64,000 nt of DNA. Origin: Octopus vulgaris (taxonomy: Eukaryota). The position numbers and the translations under genes were made by a program. Positions within the stretch are counted from its first letter, which is position 1; each line of letters opens with the position of its first letter. Shown here piece by piece: positions 13,510-26,229 of this stretch. Below the pieces are notes generated by a model. It was not told the DNA's origin. It ran no database searches and saw only the letters and a program-made list of their open reading frames with translations. The DNA lies in the NCBI GenBank assembly GCA_951406725.2, contig OX597836.1, forward strand, positions 21,080,001 through 21,144,000, given 5' to 3'.

Positions 13510-14040
13510 TGTCTTAAAAATACAGGAAGGCAACATTGGGCAATGTAGTACATGGCCTTCACAGGCCCTCTGAGACTAGTGAAATGGATGTTGTTAATGT
13601 TTCTCTGGGACCATTGCAAGTCAACATCTGTGAGAAAAAAACGAGTAGGAAGGAAGTTCCAGAGAGAAGACATTTTGGTAAGGAAGAAATGGGTGTAATG
13701 ATTAATGTAGGAGCTGGGAGGGGTGGACACAACAGATGTGATGAGATGAGTGGACCCAGCTCAGAGCCTAGAAAGCTCAGAAGAGAGTAGTGATGGAGAA
13801 AGAGAGAGAGAAAAGAGACAATATGCTTGTGGCCCAGAAACTGGAGTGTGTCTAACATATTTTATGACAATCAGTCAGGTGGCTTCTTTCCTGAATGTCG
13901 TTTAAGGTGTTTGTGTGCACAATAGCGGTACCATCCCAAATGTGACACCAATACTCCATTGTGGACCGCATCTGTAAAGCATCAATAATTACTGGAGGAA
14001 GAACATGCCATTAAAGGAGCAAAGAGTATTCTTAATATGA
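13510..14040 (-). mobile_element. CR1/Jockey-group LINE RT C-terminal remnant
   Basis: MEYWCHIWDG...LNDIQ, LDTLQFLGHKHIVSFLSLF, SSLWNFLP...DLQWSQRNINNI. A related short piece at about 51930-52090 (+) reads LQNSL...FKRNINSI. Confidence 0.6.
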
Positions 14041-14340
14041 TTGTTTGACCTGTTAGAAATAATAGAAAATGAGTTAATGATGGGCACTCTACACCATCAC
14101 ACAAACAGCAAGAAAATACAGAACATGAGACTGTCTGGAAGCACCATGTGGTCATCTGACCAGCTACAATAAAATAGCAGCCACATCACCCTCAGATCAC
14201 ATCCTACCACTTTTAAAAGAAAGGGAAGACTCATTGCAACCTACAATACTACAATCACTAAGTCTAAAAGAAAGATGGTTTATCAGGAATACTTTTAATC
14301 ACAGGTCTGCTCAATCAATCAGAGTTTGTTTGTGTGGGGT

Positions 14341-14770
14341 TTCAAAATCGAAATCGATCAACATCAATAGAAATTGTAGCTGTGATACCAGTGCCGGTGG
14401 CACGTAAGAGAACCATCCAAACGTGGCCGTTGCCAGCACCGCCCCGACTGGCCTCTGTGCCGGTGGCACGTAAGAAGTACCATCCGATCGTGGCCATTGC
14501 CAGCTTCGCCTGACCTCCATGCTGGTGGCACGTAAAAAGCACCATCCGACTGAGGTTGTTTGCCAACCTCGTCTGGCACCTGTGCCGGTTGCACGTAAAA
14601 AGCACCCACTACACTCTCGGAGTGGTTGGCGTTAGGAAGGGCATCCAGCCATAGAAACATTGCCAAATCAGACTGGGCCTGGTGCAGCCTTCTGGCTTCC
14701 TAGACCCCAGTTGAACCGTCGAACCCATGCTAGCATGGAAAGCGGACGCTAAACGATGACGATGATGATA
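14341..14770 (+). mobile_element. RTE 3' UTR fragment with four 62-66-bp internal repeats
   Basis: Repeats GTGCCGGTGGCACGTAAAAAGCAC (degenerate) at 14391, 14457, 14519 and 14582; tail CCCATGCTAGCATGGAAAGCGGACGCTAAACGATGACGATGAT. Shorter copies at about 5703-5890, 9087-9260, 9800-10015, 22780-23130, 32490-32665, 40335-40600, 47765-48015, 60690-60845 and 62270-62432. Confidence 0.8.
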
Positions 14771-15603
14771 AATGACAATTTAGGTAACTATGGCATACAT
14801 TTACATAAACTGGCTTGTTGCTCTCTTTTAATCATCATTATTATCATCATTGTTTAAACATTCACCTATCCATGCTTGCATGTAGCAGATGGAATTCACT
14901 GAGGGCAGATCTTCTACATCCATGGGCCTTTCCTGTCCCAAGCAAGGTAATATTCTCCAGTGGCTGAATATGTTTTCACAAAATACTGGAGATGAATGAC
15001 ACTACTGATATGATGTGACACTTGTCTGTGACTATTGTGTAATATCAGAACACACACACACACACACACAGATGGACACACATTTGCATCCGTCATACAA
15101 TGTGAAGACAAGGTAAAACAAAACATATGCCTGCACACACACACACACACACATGTATTTATATTATATGAAAAGCTTACTTCATTTTATCAAATCCACT
15201 CACAAGGCTTTGATCATCTTGAGGTTACAGATGGAGATGCTTACCCAAGATGCCACACAGAAGGACTGAACCTGAAACCATGTGGTTAGGAAGCAAACAT
15301 TTTTTCCCAATCAGCCATGCTTGTGTCTCTAATACAACAGATTTATTAAGCCTTGTCAATCACCCAAATTTGTCCAAACCTGAGATATTATTTGAATAAA
15401 CATTTCATAGTTTAGTTTTAATTTTTGTCAGTGGTACAATTTACATTATATATATAGTCACAGGCATTGCTGTGTGGTTGAGAAGTTTGTTTCGGGGGTT
15501 CAATTCCATTATGCAACACCTTGAGCAAGTGTAAGCCTTGAGTTGTCACATGTACTGTAAGTGAAATTTGATGCAATGGTACTATGCATTAAGTCTGTTG
15601 GGC

Positions 15604-15648
<45 letters not shown>

Positions 15649-15675
15649 CGTATATATGCACGTGTGTGTATACAT

Positions 15676-16092
15676 GCAGGAGTGGCTGTGCGGTAAGTAG
15701 CTTGTTTACCAACCACATGGTTCCGGGTTCAGTCCCACTGCATGGTACCTTGGGCAAGTGTCTTCTACTATAGCCTCGGGCCGACCAAAGCCTTGTGAGT
15801 GGATTTGGTAGACGGAAACTGAAAGAAGCCCGTCGTATATATGTATATTTATATATATGCATGTGTATGTTTGTGTGTCTGTGTTTGTCCCCCTAGCATT
15901 GCTTGACAACCGATGCTGGTGTGTTTTATGTCCCCGTTACTTAGCGGTTCGGCAAAAGAGACCGATAGAATAAGTACTGGGCTTACAAAAGAATAAGTCC
16001 CGGGGTCGAGTTGCTCGATTAAAGGCGGTGCTCCAGCATGGCCACAGTCAAATGACTGAAACAAGTAAAAGAGTAAAAGAGAGAGTAAAGAG
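15676..16092 (+). mobile_element. tRNA-derived SINE, tail type A, full length
   Basis: A box TGGCTGTGCGG, B box GGTTCAGTCCC, CCTTGGGCAAGTGTCTT core, internal (TA/TG)n, tail GACTGAAACAAGTAAAAGAG repeats. Confidence 0.85.
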
Positions 16093-16670
16093 TATGTGTG
16101 CATATGTATACACGTGTGTGTATACATGCACATGTGTGTATGCTGATAAGTTCACATTTATGTTTACTCCAGTCTAAAACTGGTATTGTCTCTGTCATGT
16201 CCTTTTATGTCCAGTAAGAAAGAGAGGACAGCAAAGTAAAATACCAGCTTGATATAAGTATAAGGAGTGGTGGTGGAAATCAATATTTTTCACTAAAGCC
16301 TCAAAGGCAGAGCCTCCAGAATGGCCAGTCCAAAGACTGAAACCAGCAAACAAAATTCAAACAACATATACTTCTTTTTTTAAGTATTCTTTAGATTCTG
16401 AGCAGAGATGCGAAAATCACCAGCAGGTTATTAGAAAATGACAAATTTGGACTGCTATGACATTTTGAAACACCTAATTGTCATAGCGAATTATAAATAT
16501 GTAACAGAACAGGTGATTTGTGGGTGGATGTAGTTACGGACATGGTAGTGATGCTGTTGATTTTGAACCGGTAAAATACAATGATGCATACAGGTGTTAC
16601 AAGTAATGAGGCAGATGTGTGGCAGGGGATACGTACAGAAATATGTGTGTGTATATATGTATATGTGTAT

Positions 16671-16718
<48 letters not shown>

Positions 16719-17005
16719 GTGTGTCTGTTAACATAATTCAAATTAGAAAGATGGCATATTTATGAAGAAGTAAATAAATGAAATGAAAAAAGTAATGAGT
16801 GGGTGGGTATGTATGTTATTTAAATGAATAATTTAAAATATACATAATTACAAAAACTGAAAACAAACAAACCAATTTTTTTACAATTCTATTTACTCTT
16901 TTTTGTTTTTTATCATTTTTAATTGAAAGTACTTCAAGAAATTTAGTCTAACGATATTTACTTCTTTAAGATCTCCGAATAGGATGGACATGGGTATGTG
17001 TGTCT

Positions 17006-17046
<41 letters not shown>

Positions 17047-19479
17047 CGTGTGCATGTGCATTCATGTGTATGTTATTTTGTATGTGTGTATGTTTATATT
17101 TATAACAGCTTTACCAAAATAAGGAAATGTAAGGTGATACAAGAAAAAATAAAATATTTCATATAAGCCAAAATAACTTGCTTCCAATAAATTAATTATC
17201 AATGTTAATTGATTTTTCTGTAGAATAAAGCCACTGAAATATAGTGTATGTGTGTATATATATATATATATATCCCCGTACACACACATCACATATACAC
17301 ATGCACTGTTGCGATCTTGACACATTTGCACGAGACGGAAAAGCGATCTGTTCGATCTAAGTTATAAATAAATAAGTAAAATGAGAAATAATATCGCACA
17401 GTTCAGCTAATGTTCAAAACTCAAATTTTGATAAATGAGGTTCTATGCAATAAATTATAAGCAAATACATTTTACCTGTGGTAAAACTAATGAAGCTATG
17501 TTGAAGTAATCAATTCTTATTTATTTCTTCCCTTCTTTTCTTTCTTTTTTTTTTCTGCTTTTCGTTTTAGCGGAGGGTGAGGTCAGAATTAGGAAATTAT
17601 ATGTAAAAGATAATTTATCCTGTCTCAGATATATTGTCATTAATTATACATACATGCATAAGACCACTAAAAGTAATACGATATTGGAGATGTGTTTTGT
17701 CCAGGATTAAGTTACAGCTTTATCGTATATATATGAATCAAAATTGACACATTTTCCATTTGAAATTTATAATGGTAAAATGAAAGAAAAATATTGAATA
17801 ATTGATTATTTGTATGATACAGAATTAAATTGTCTAGCACAAATATATATATATATATAGATGTTATATATCTATATCTCTGTCATTATGTAGATGCATG
17901 AGTAAAATACACACCTGAGTATGAGAACAGATGCAAATGTATAATGTATATAAGCTGCATTTTTTCTGTAGGAATATGCAGGCATGAACATGTGTATATA
18001 GAAAACCGTGCACATGTGTGTGTGTGTTTACGCATGCTTGCATATGTAAATGCATACATAAATGTTCATATAATATATATATATACACACATACACAAAT
18101 GTTCAAATACAGACATTTAGAGATATCTACATGTTTATATTTGTGTTTATATTTATATGTATGTAGATACAAACAGAAATACACACCTGAGCATGTATAC
18201 AGATGCAACTATATAAAAGCTGATTTTTTTTTTTTTTTTGCAAGAATATGCATGTATGAACATGTGTAATGTGAAATAGTGTGTATATGCCTGTATTTAT
18301 ATATGTTACATACATAAATGGCTATATATATATATAAGTTGTAATGTATAAATGAAACTTTTGTCTCTCATCACAGTAACAGGTTGGGGAATTACCAAAA
18401 TCTTGACCCACTACAACAAAACCACCAGTTGATTACTATGCCTATCAAACAATCTTCAAAAATCTTGATATCAAGAGAAAATCATGCATCTAGTTTCTTA
18501 GAAACAAAACAAAATAAAAACACGAAAAAGGACCCGCAGAAGAAACTCAAAAGAGTAAAGAAAAAAAAGGAAGATTTTCATACCATATGATGATGACAAT
18601 AATGATAATGATGATGATTTGCTTAAAAAAGTAAATAAACTAACCCCTCCCCCAAGTAGTTCCAAATTTTATTCACTGCCACCCACCCAGGAGACAGAAC
18701 TAAACTATTGTTCCAGCAACATCTGCACAATTAATTTACAGACTAGATGCTTAAAGAAGTATAAAAAAAAAGAAAGAAAAAAAGGAAAAGGAACAAAAAA
18801 AAATGAATGAAAAGAAGAAAGGAAAGCAAGAATGAAACTGAAACATTATTTGAAAAGTGACAATATTAATGATGAACACTATTGCCATCAGCATCACCAC
18901 CGTCCTCAGTGTGCTCCACTGTCCCCTTCATCTTCCATTCCCTTCATTTCACCTGTATATTCCCTTCATTTCACCTGTATAATACTTATGGCATTCATCC
19001 TTCCAGTAGTTTAGTCCCTAGCAAAACCAAGAAGACGGATGAAGGGGAGAAGGGAGGAAGAAGAGTAGGGAGAGAGAGAGAGAGAGAGGAGGAAGGAGGG
19101 AAGAAAGGAGAGGAAGGGGAGAAGAAATTAAATAAATAAAATTACAAATAAGCAAATAGGCAGGCATGTCATTGCCCAAGTGCAAACAGGTAGTTTATAC
19201 TAAGTGAATAACAACAATTGATTGCACGTATGTGTGTGTGTATACATGCATGTACTTGTTTGTATATCTATGTTGAGTGTATGCGCGTGCATGTATTTAT
19301 GTATGTGTTTGTATACATGTATGTACATGTATATATGTATGTAGGTGTGTGTGCATGTACATGTTTTATTTTGTATGTAATATATATAACATACATAGAA
19401 AAGGTAATGTTATACTACAGAATTATGTCTACACATACACACGTACATACATTACAAGCATGCAAACGTACATCCAACC

Positions 19480-19518
<39 letters not shown>

Positions 19519-19684
19519 TCACACACACATGCAAACAAACACACATTCGCTTAAATCATGAAGAATAATAACAAGAGGTAGGGGTATGAATTTTACTGAA
19601 GATAAATAGGGAGACTCGGAATGATAGCTAGATAGAGACAGAAAGTCTTTGACAATTTCTCATTTTAATTATTTAATTAATATA

Positions 19685-19715
<31 letters not shown>

Positions 19716-19727
19716 AGATACACACAA

Positions 19728-19768
<41 letters not shown>

Positions 19769-19879
19769 CACACACATACACACTCGTATACATATACATC
19801 CTAACACTTGATTTTATTTCTTCATTCATTTATTTCTATTATGTTGACAAGAGAAGAAAATAATCTGGCAGTACCTTAC

Positions 19880-19977
19880 CTCAAAACCGACAGTATGAGA
19901 TAGGTAGTAGCAACAGCATCTCCTGCAAGTGTCGGGATTTCTCCCAATCATTTGCACATCAGTGCTTTTTCGCTGAC
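19880..19977 (-). other. Candidate alternative exon
   Basis: Strong donor GAG|GTAAGG at 19880, possible acceptor aaacag| at 19977, non-repetitive sequence, open frame QRKSTDVQMIGRNPDTCRRCCCYYLSHTVGFE. Confidence 0.35.
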
Positions 19978-20008
19978 CTGTTTATAGCAAATATATATAT
20001 ATACATAC

Positions 20009-20080
<72 letters not shown>

Positions 20081-20159
20081 GTATGTGTATGTATGTATGT
20101 ATATGTGTATGTCTGTCTGTGTGTATGGATATGTGTATACTGTTATGTTTCCAAAAAAC

Positions 20160-21660
20160 GTTGAATGAACTCAAACACTGCTATATTCCATCTTCGCAGA
20201 ATTGCGCCCTTAAATTTTTCCGTCTCCTTCATTGACGACGACAACGACAACAATATGTCATTACGCGACTGTCTTTTCCACTTGCTTCTTCACCCGGCTG
20301 CGACTTTCTCGCTCTTGTTCTTCCTCTTTTCTGTATTAGACTATAGTTTCTTCCCCATCCCACCTCCCCGCCATCGCCAGCATCACCATCACATCTCTCC
20401 CCCTCTCTCTCTCTCTCTCTCTCTCTCTCACTTTCTCTCTCTCCTTCACTACGTGTATTTTTGCTATGAGCAGATGAGAGAAGTAAAGCAGGAGTATTTG
20501 TGCAGTGCATGCAGTGTTTGTGTGGTGCCTGTGTTTGGATGATGCATCAATGTGCATATACGTATGTATGCATGTATGGAAGATAGATGGATGGATGGAT
20601 AGACAGATAGATGGAGAGATGGAAAGAAAGGATGAATGTGTGTGAGAGAGGAATTATTTCATAGCATCCACCAGAATATAATGATCCACAGCAAGAGAGA
20701 GAGAGAGAATGAGACAGAGATAGAGGGGGAAAAAAACAAACTTACAAACAAAACAAAACAGACGAGAATAAGAGTAAAGGTGAGAGAAAGAGAGAGAGAG
20801 AGAGAGAGAGTTGTTAATAAATTGCCAATAATCTAATTTAAGAACAACAATAACAACATCACATTAGACATAACAACTAAATTAACAAAGGTGATTAAGA
20901 AAATCTTCAATGTTCATTCTAACATCTATAGATGTGGAAAGTGCAAAAAAAAAAAACAATGAGATAGTATATATACATATATATATATATACGCACAGTC
21001 TATCCTATACACATTGACATCACTGGAGGGGCCCCCTCCTCCTTCTGTGTATGTGCATGCATTTGAGAAAAACAGAAATGGATAGAGAGATGATGAGAGA
21101 TGATGAGAGATGATGATGATGGTGGTGGTGGTGAAAAGAAGAGAGAAAAAGATGTGTAGGAATAAAAGACCAGCTCCAAAGCCCCAGCTAGAGAGAGATG
21201 TTTAAATGTAGCAGCAGTAATGCTATCACCTGACAGAGCAGCGAAGAACACAACACAGAACGAAGAACAGTTGTTTCATTCGCCACACTTTAGTAGTATT
21301 GGCAGCAATGACAGCTGTAGCAGCAGTCATCGTCACGGTAGGGAGAGGAGTGGCGGGCGGGGTGGGGGTGGGGGCAGGGCAGGGGGGGGGGGGGGTAGTG
21401 GTAGCAGCAGTCATAGATGCAGAGGTGGTAGCAGCGGCGGCGGTGGTGGTGGAAGAAGAAGAAAAAAAGGAAGAGTAGGAGGAGGAAGAAGAAGAAAAGG
21501 AAAAGGAGGAGGAAGAAGAAGAAGAAGAAGAAACGAAAAAGAAAAAAGAGAAAGACATGAGAAAAAGAAAAGGAGAAAGAAAGAAGAATCTCTTGCAGAG
21601 CAATGCTTAGAGATTAGAAGTTACATTTTCAGTCTTCGATTTACTTTATATCAAGAAACA
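20160..21660 (-). promoter_or_regulatory. Candidate internal promoter/5' UTR region
   Basis: TE-free, with locally CpG-rich patches (20190-20380, 21240-21445), GA/CT tracts and a G-run cluster (21339-21395), upstream of the 19880 donor on the gene strand. Confidence 0.3.
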
Positions 21661-23899
21661 CCTGCATATGAAACAACACTTGTAATTGTAATTGTAATAG
21701 TTGTTGTTGTTGTTGTTGTTGCTCAAATTCTTTTTTTTAAATCTTTTCATTTCATTTGTTTTTTATTTTAGCATTCAATATATATATATTTTTTTTTTAT
21801 CTTAGCCTGGATGGGATGGATATTCATTTTTGTGTGTGTATGTATGTGTGTGTTTTTTTTTTTTTTTTTTTTCAAATATTTAATTCGCAAGATTTCCAGG
21901 TTTGTATCCTGTTGGAGTAACTGTTTATTACACCTGGGTGGTTTTTCCAACTGAAAACAACCACTTAATTAGTTGAAGCAACACTGGAATACAGCTATGC
22001 CAACCAATCTTTTTCCCCCCCTCCTAATTTGCAGGAAACAAAGCTAAAACTTTCTTTTTTAATATTTAAAGTTTTATTTTTCATTTTAAAAGTAAACATT
22101 CATTCAGATATCAGTAAAGCTATCAAATTCATTAAAATTTTGTGTGTGGTTAAAGAATTTGCTTTTCAGGTTCAGTCCTACTACATAGTACCTTGAACCC
22201 AAGCCTTCCAAGTGGATTTGATAGTCAGAAACTGAAAGAAACCTATTATATGTATATATAAAGAGAGATAGAGAGAGATGGATGGATATAAAGACTGATG
22301 GATCTATATACACACACACACACACACACATGCACAACTATATAGATGTACATTGATGTGTACATGCGTGTGAACTTTTGTATCTTTGTCATGATATTGT
22401 GTGTTAATTGTAAACAGGTGTCACTGTCATACAATTTGGTGGTGTTTGTTAGCAATCTTCTATGAAAACATGTCCAGCCAATATGCTGTTCATGTCCAAA
22501 AGAACAGGAGGAATATTACCTTGCTTGGGGGCAAATGTGATTTAGAAACAGAAAGAGTATACTGGCTATAGAAAATCTGTTTCATTGAATTTCAGCTTAC
22601 CCATATAAGATTGGAAAACAAGACGTCATGAAGATAATGAGGAAGAAGTTACACCAAAAGAAAATCAGTCAATGTTAAGATATTCTAGAATTAATCCATC
22701 AAACTACTCTGAGTTTCATAATATTTGCCTATGTTATCTCAAAACACAGAACCTTATGAAGGAGATGACAGAGGACTGATTGTTGTACCTGAGAAGACCC
22801 ACCCACCACAACAGAACTGAGATCCTAAAACTAATGTGCCACATAAAGAGCATTGCTGTGAGTGCTGGTGCCACGTAAAAAGCACTGGTGCTGGTGCCAC
22901 ATAAAAAGCACCAGTACTGGTGCCATGTAACAAGAACTGGTGCTGGTGCCATGTAAAAAGCACCCAGTACATTCTGTAAAGTGGTTGGCATTAGGAAAGG
23001 CATTCAACCATAGAGACCAACCCGAAATAGACTATGGAACCTGGTGCAGCCCCTGACCTAGCCAGTTCCTGTACAGCCGTCCAACACATGCCATCATGGA
23101 AAACAGACATTAAATGTTGATGATGATGATTATAATAGTCAGAATTGCAAAAGGGATTATCAGGTTTTTATATATAAATGTGCGTACACACACGCTTGTG
23201 GATATGTTTCATAACTATTTTCTTTCTGAGTTCAAATTCCATCAAGGTTGACTTTCGCTTTCATCCTTTCAGAGTCAACAAAATAAGTACGAGTTGAGTA
23301 CTGGGGTGAATGTCATTGACTGGTCCCTCCCACCCATATTTCAGGCCTTGCACCTGTAATAAAAAAGGTTATTTAAACATTCACTTATCCATGCTTGCAT
23401 GAGTTGGTGCTGTATGTGTTTGTGCACATTTGTCTTCACATTGACAGTGTTTGGTGATGAAGTTTGAAACAAAATGTCCAAAAGCTAATGCAAAAGTATA
23501 GAATAAAGTACCTTACATGAAAAACAAGTTAGTGAAAGGAAGGGATAAAATATTGCCTCAACAAGTCTTGTTCAGCCCATGCCAGCAAAGTTGATATCAT
23601 GATGATATGCACATCACTACCTGTGGCTATGTTTGTTATGCAATAAAATCCAGTGTTATGTTATGGGTCATTGTGTCCCATAACTTAGAAGTCTGACAAA
23701 ATAGAAACCAGTAACATAAGTAAAAGACTAAAATTTGTACTGGGGTTGATACGATCAGGTAAAACCATGAAAGTTGTGTCTCAGTATGGCCACAACCAAA
23801 TAACTGAAATCATTAAAATTATAATATATATATATACACATACATACATAAGCATACACATTATATATACATATGTGTGTATATAGTACAATCATACAT

Positions 23900-23921
23900 A
23901 TAAGATATCTATATATGTATA

Positions 23922-23970
<49 letters not shown>

Positions 23971-24033
23971 CTATATATATATATATATATATCTATATAT
24001 ATATATCTATATCTATATATATATATATCTATA

Positions 24034-24100
<67 letters not shown>
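23900..24100. repeat. (TA)n/(TATC) microsatellite
   Basis: Seen directly. Confidence 0.95.
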
Positions 24101-24102
<2 letters not shown>

Positions 24103-24103
<1 letters not shown>

Positions 24104-24470
24104 CACAGGCATAGCTGTGTGGTAAGAAGTTTGCTTCCCAACTACATAGTTCTAGGTTCAGTCCCACTACATGGCACCTTGAGCAAGTGTCTTCTACTAT
24201 AGCCTCAGGCCAACCAAAGGCTTGTGAATGGATTTGGTAGACAGAATCTGAAAGTATCCTGTCATGTGTGTGTGTGTGTGTTCTCCATCACCACTTGACA
24301 ACTGGTGTTGATGAGTTTATAACTTAGCAGTTCAGCAAAATATACCAATAGAATAAATGCCAGGCTTTACAAAAAAAAAAAGTACTGAGGTGGATAAGTT
24401 TGACTACAATTCTTCAAGGCAGTGCCCCAACATGGCCGCAGTCTAATGATTAAAACATGTAAAAATAAGA
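24103..24470 (+). mobile_element. tRNA-derived SINE, type A
   Basis: Same head, core and tail motifs as the 15676 copy. Confidence 0.8.
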
Positions 24471-24481
24471 TATACACACAC

Positions 24482-24524
<43 letters not shown>

Positions 24525-24527
<3 letters not shown>

Positions 24528-24760
24528 TAAGTAATTAGGTTTAGCAACAATTTGCCTCACCACACACCGAATTTAGAAATAGCAGTCAAAGAGTTATAGC
24601 TATTCCTTTCTACTAAAAGGGAGATCTCAGTTGGTGAGGCAAATCGTTGCTAAACCCTTAATTACTTAGTATTACTTAAACTTTCCTCAAATGGGGCTTT
24701 TACATGCCGAAATCTACATGGTGAAATTAATGATTATTCTAAATTAATTAATTTCACCCT
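24525..24760. mobile_element. Asymmetric inverted-repeat element in a (TA)n tract
   Basis: TACTAAGTAATTAGGTTTAGCAACAATTTGCCTCACCA (24525-24562) is inverted at 24632-24671. A distal hairpin GGTGAAATTAAT...ATTAATTTCACC lies at 24720-24757. Confidence 0.6.
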
Positions 24761-24764
24761 ACAT

Positions 24765-24804
<40 letters not shown>

Positions 24805-25671
24805 AACACACACACATATGATCACACACATACAAAAAGATATACACAGACACATTACATACACATACAATTTTTTTTAATTTTCAATTAACAACTCCCA
24901 AGTAAATTAATAGAATTATGTAGATATAAAACTCTATAAACGTAATATTTAAACAATATTTTCACAAAATGAGTTGCTGTACACACTAACTAGCAAGGTT
25001 AAATACAACAAAAAACTTTCACAAGTCCTAATTGATTTGATTAATATTGTTTCTATTGTATGAGAGTGCATCGATAATCTGTATATGAGAGTGGGGTGGA
25101 GAAGTAGTAAATGGATGGGAGAGGACGGAGGGAGGAGCAGTCAAACTGTGAGAGATGCAGAGAGAAATAGTATGAACAAGAGTAAGAGAGTGAGAAGCAT
25201 AGAGTGAGGGACAAAGAGGGAATGACAGTGAAAGAGAGAGGCATGGAGAAATCGAGAAAAAGTGAGATAGAGTGGGAGAGAGTAATGTGACAGAGAGAAA
25301 AGCTGGGAGAAATAGTATGAGCAAGTGTATGAGAGTGAGAGGCACAGGATGAGTGGCAAAGAGAGAGGGAAACAGTAAGAGAGAGAGAGAGAGAATGATA
25401 GGGAAATAAAGAAAGGCAGAGAAAAACTAACTGCCTTTTTTGTCTCAATCTGCGGAAAAGAGCAAGGTGCATTATGATCTTTAAAATTAAGTCACACACA
25501 CATGGAGTTTACAGTCCCTATATAGGTAGGATCAACAAAAATGTACCCCATCCAAGGAGAGATAAATATCATTTAATATACACAGCTACAAAAGAGCAAC
25601 TAATAATTTCATGGTTTTAAGACACATTAAATTGGCAAATTAATATATGTCATGTATTTCAATTATGTAAT

Positions 25672-26022
25672 TTATATATATATACGTTTAAATATTTGTT
25701 GTGCAAGATTTTTTATGTGAAGTCGTGTGTTGAAACAGATATTGTTATATTTCGGAATGGTCATTTTGCCAGTATAGCCAATAGAAATACAAAATGGCTG
25801 ACGGTTAGTAAGGAGAGACACAAATAAGAAAGAAGAAAACAAACAAAAAAACAAAGGACCACTGATGCAGTCACAGGAGTGTGACGAAAGAACTCTGGCC
25901 GAAATAAGATTAAGATTAATGTAAAAAATAAATAACACTGAAGCAAAATAACACCAAATATATAGTGCGAGTGTTTTTATTGGCTAAACTGGCAAAATGA
26001 CCATTCCGAAATATAACAATAT
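25672..26022. mobile_element. Inverted-repeat element in a (TA)n tract, Penelope pseudo-LTR-like
   Basis: 52-bp inverted repeat with 3 mismatches (25739-25790 versus 25971-26022) enclosing the hammerhead-like motif; flanked by TA repeats. Confidence 0.6.
25856..25900 (+). ncRNA. Minimal type I hammerhead-like motif with a variant core
   Basis: GGACCA-CUGAUGC-A-GUCACA(GGAG)UGUGAC-GAAA-GAACUC-UGGCC. Perfect 6-bp stem II, CUC triplet, stem I CCA/UGG. C replaces the core A9. Confidence 0.5.
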
Positions 26023-26229
26023 ATATATATATATATATATATAAATATATATATACACATACATACATATACACATACAGATATGCACAGACACATATAT
26101 ACACACACATGCAATTTTTATTTTGTTTTCATATTAACAACTGGAGGTAAATTAATAATGAGGAGAAAAATTACCTCTATGGTTCCACCCATGCCAGCAT
26201 GGAAGGCAGACATTAAACGATGATGTTTA

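Noticed and set aside
14391-14605. CRISPR-like array of palindromic repeats with spacers
   Set aside because: Eukaryotic context, no cas genes, spacers resemble each other, and the array is part of a dispersed RTE 3' UTR.
21220-21771. 183-aa Gly/Arg/Lys-rich, protamine-like ORF
   Set aside because: Built from simple GGN/GAA repeats and open on both strands; no domain or splice support.
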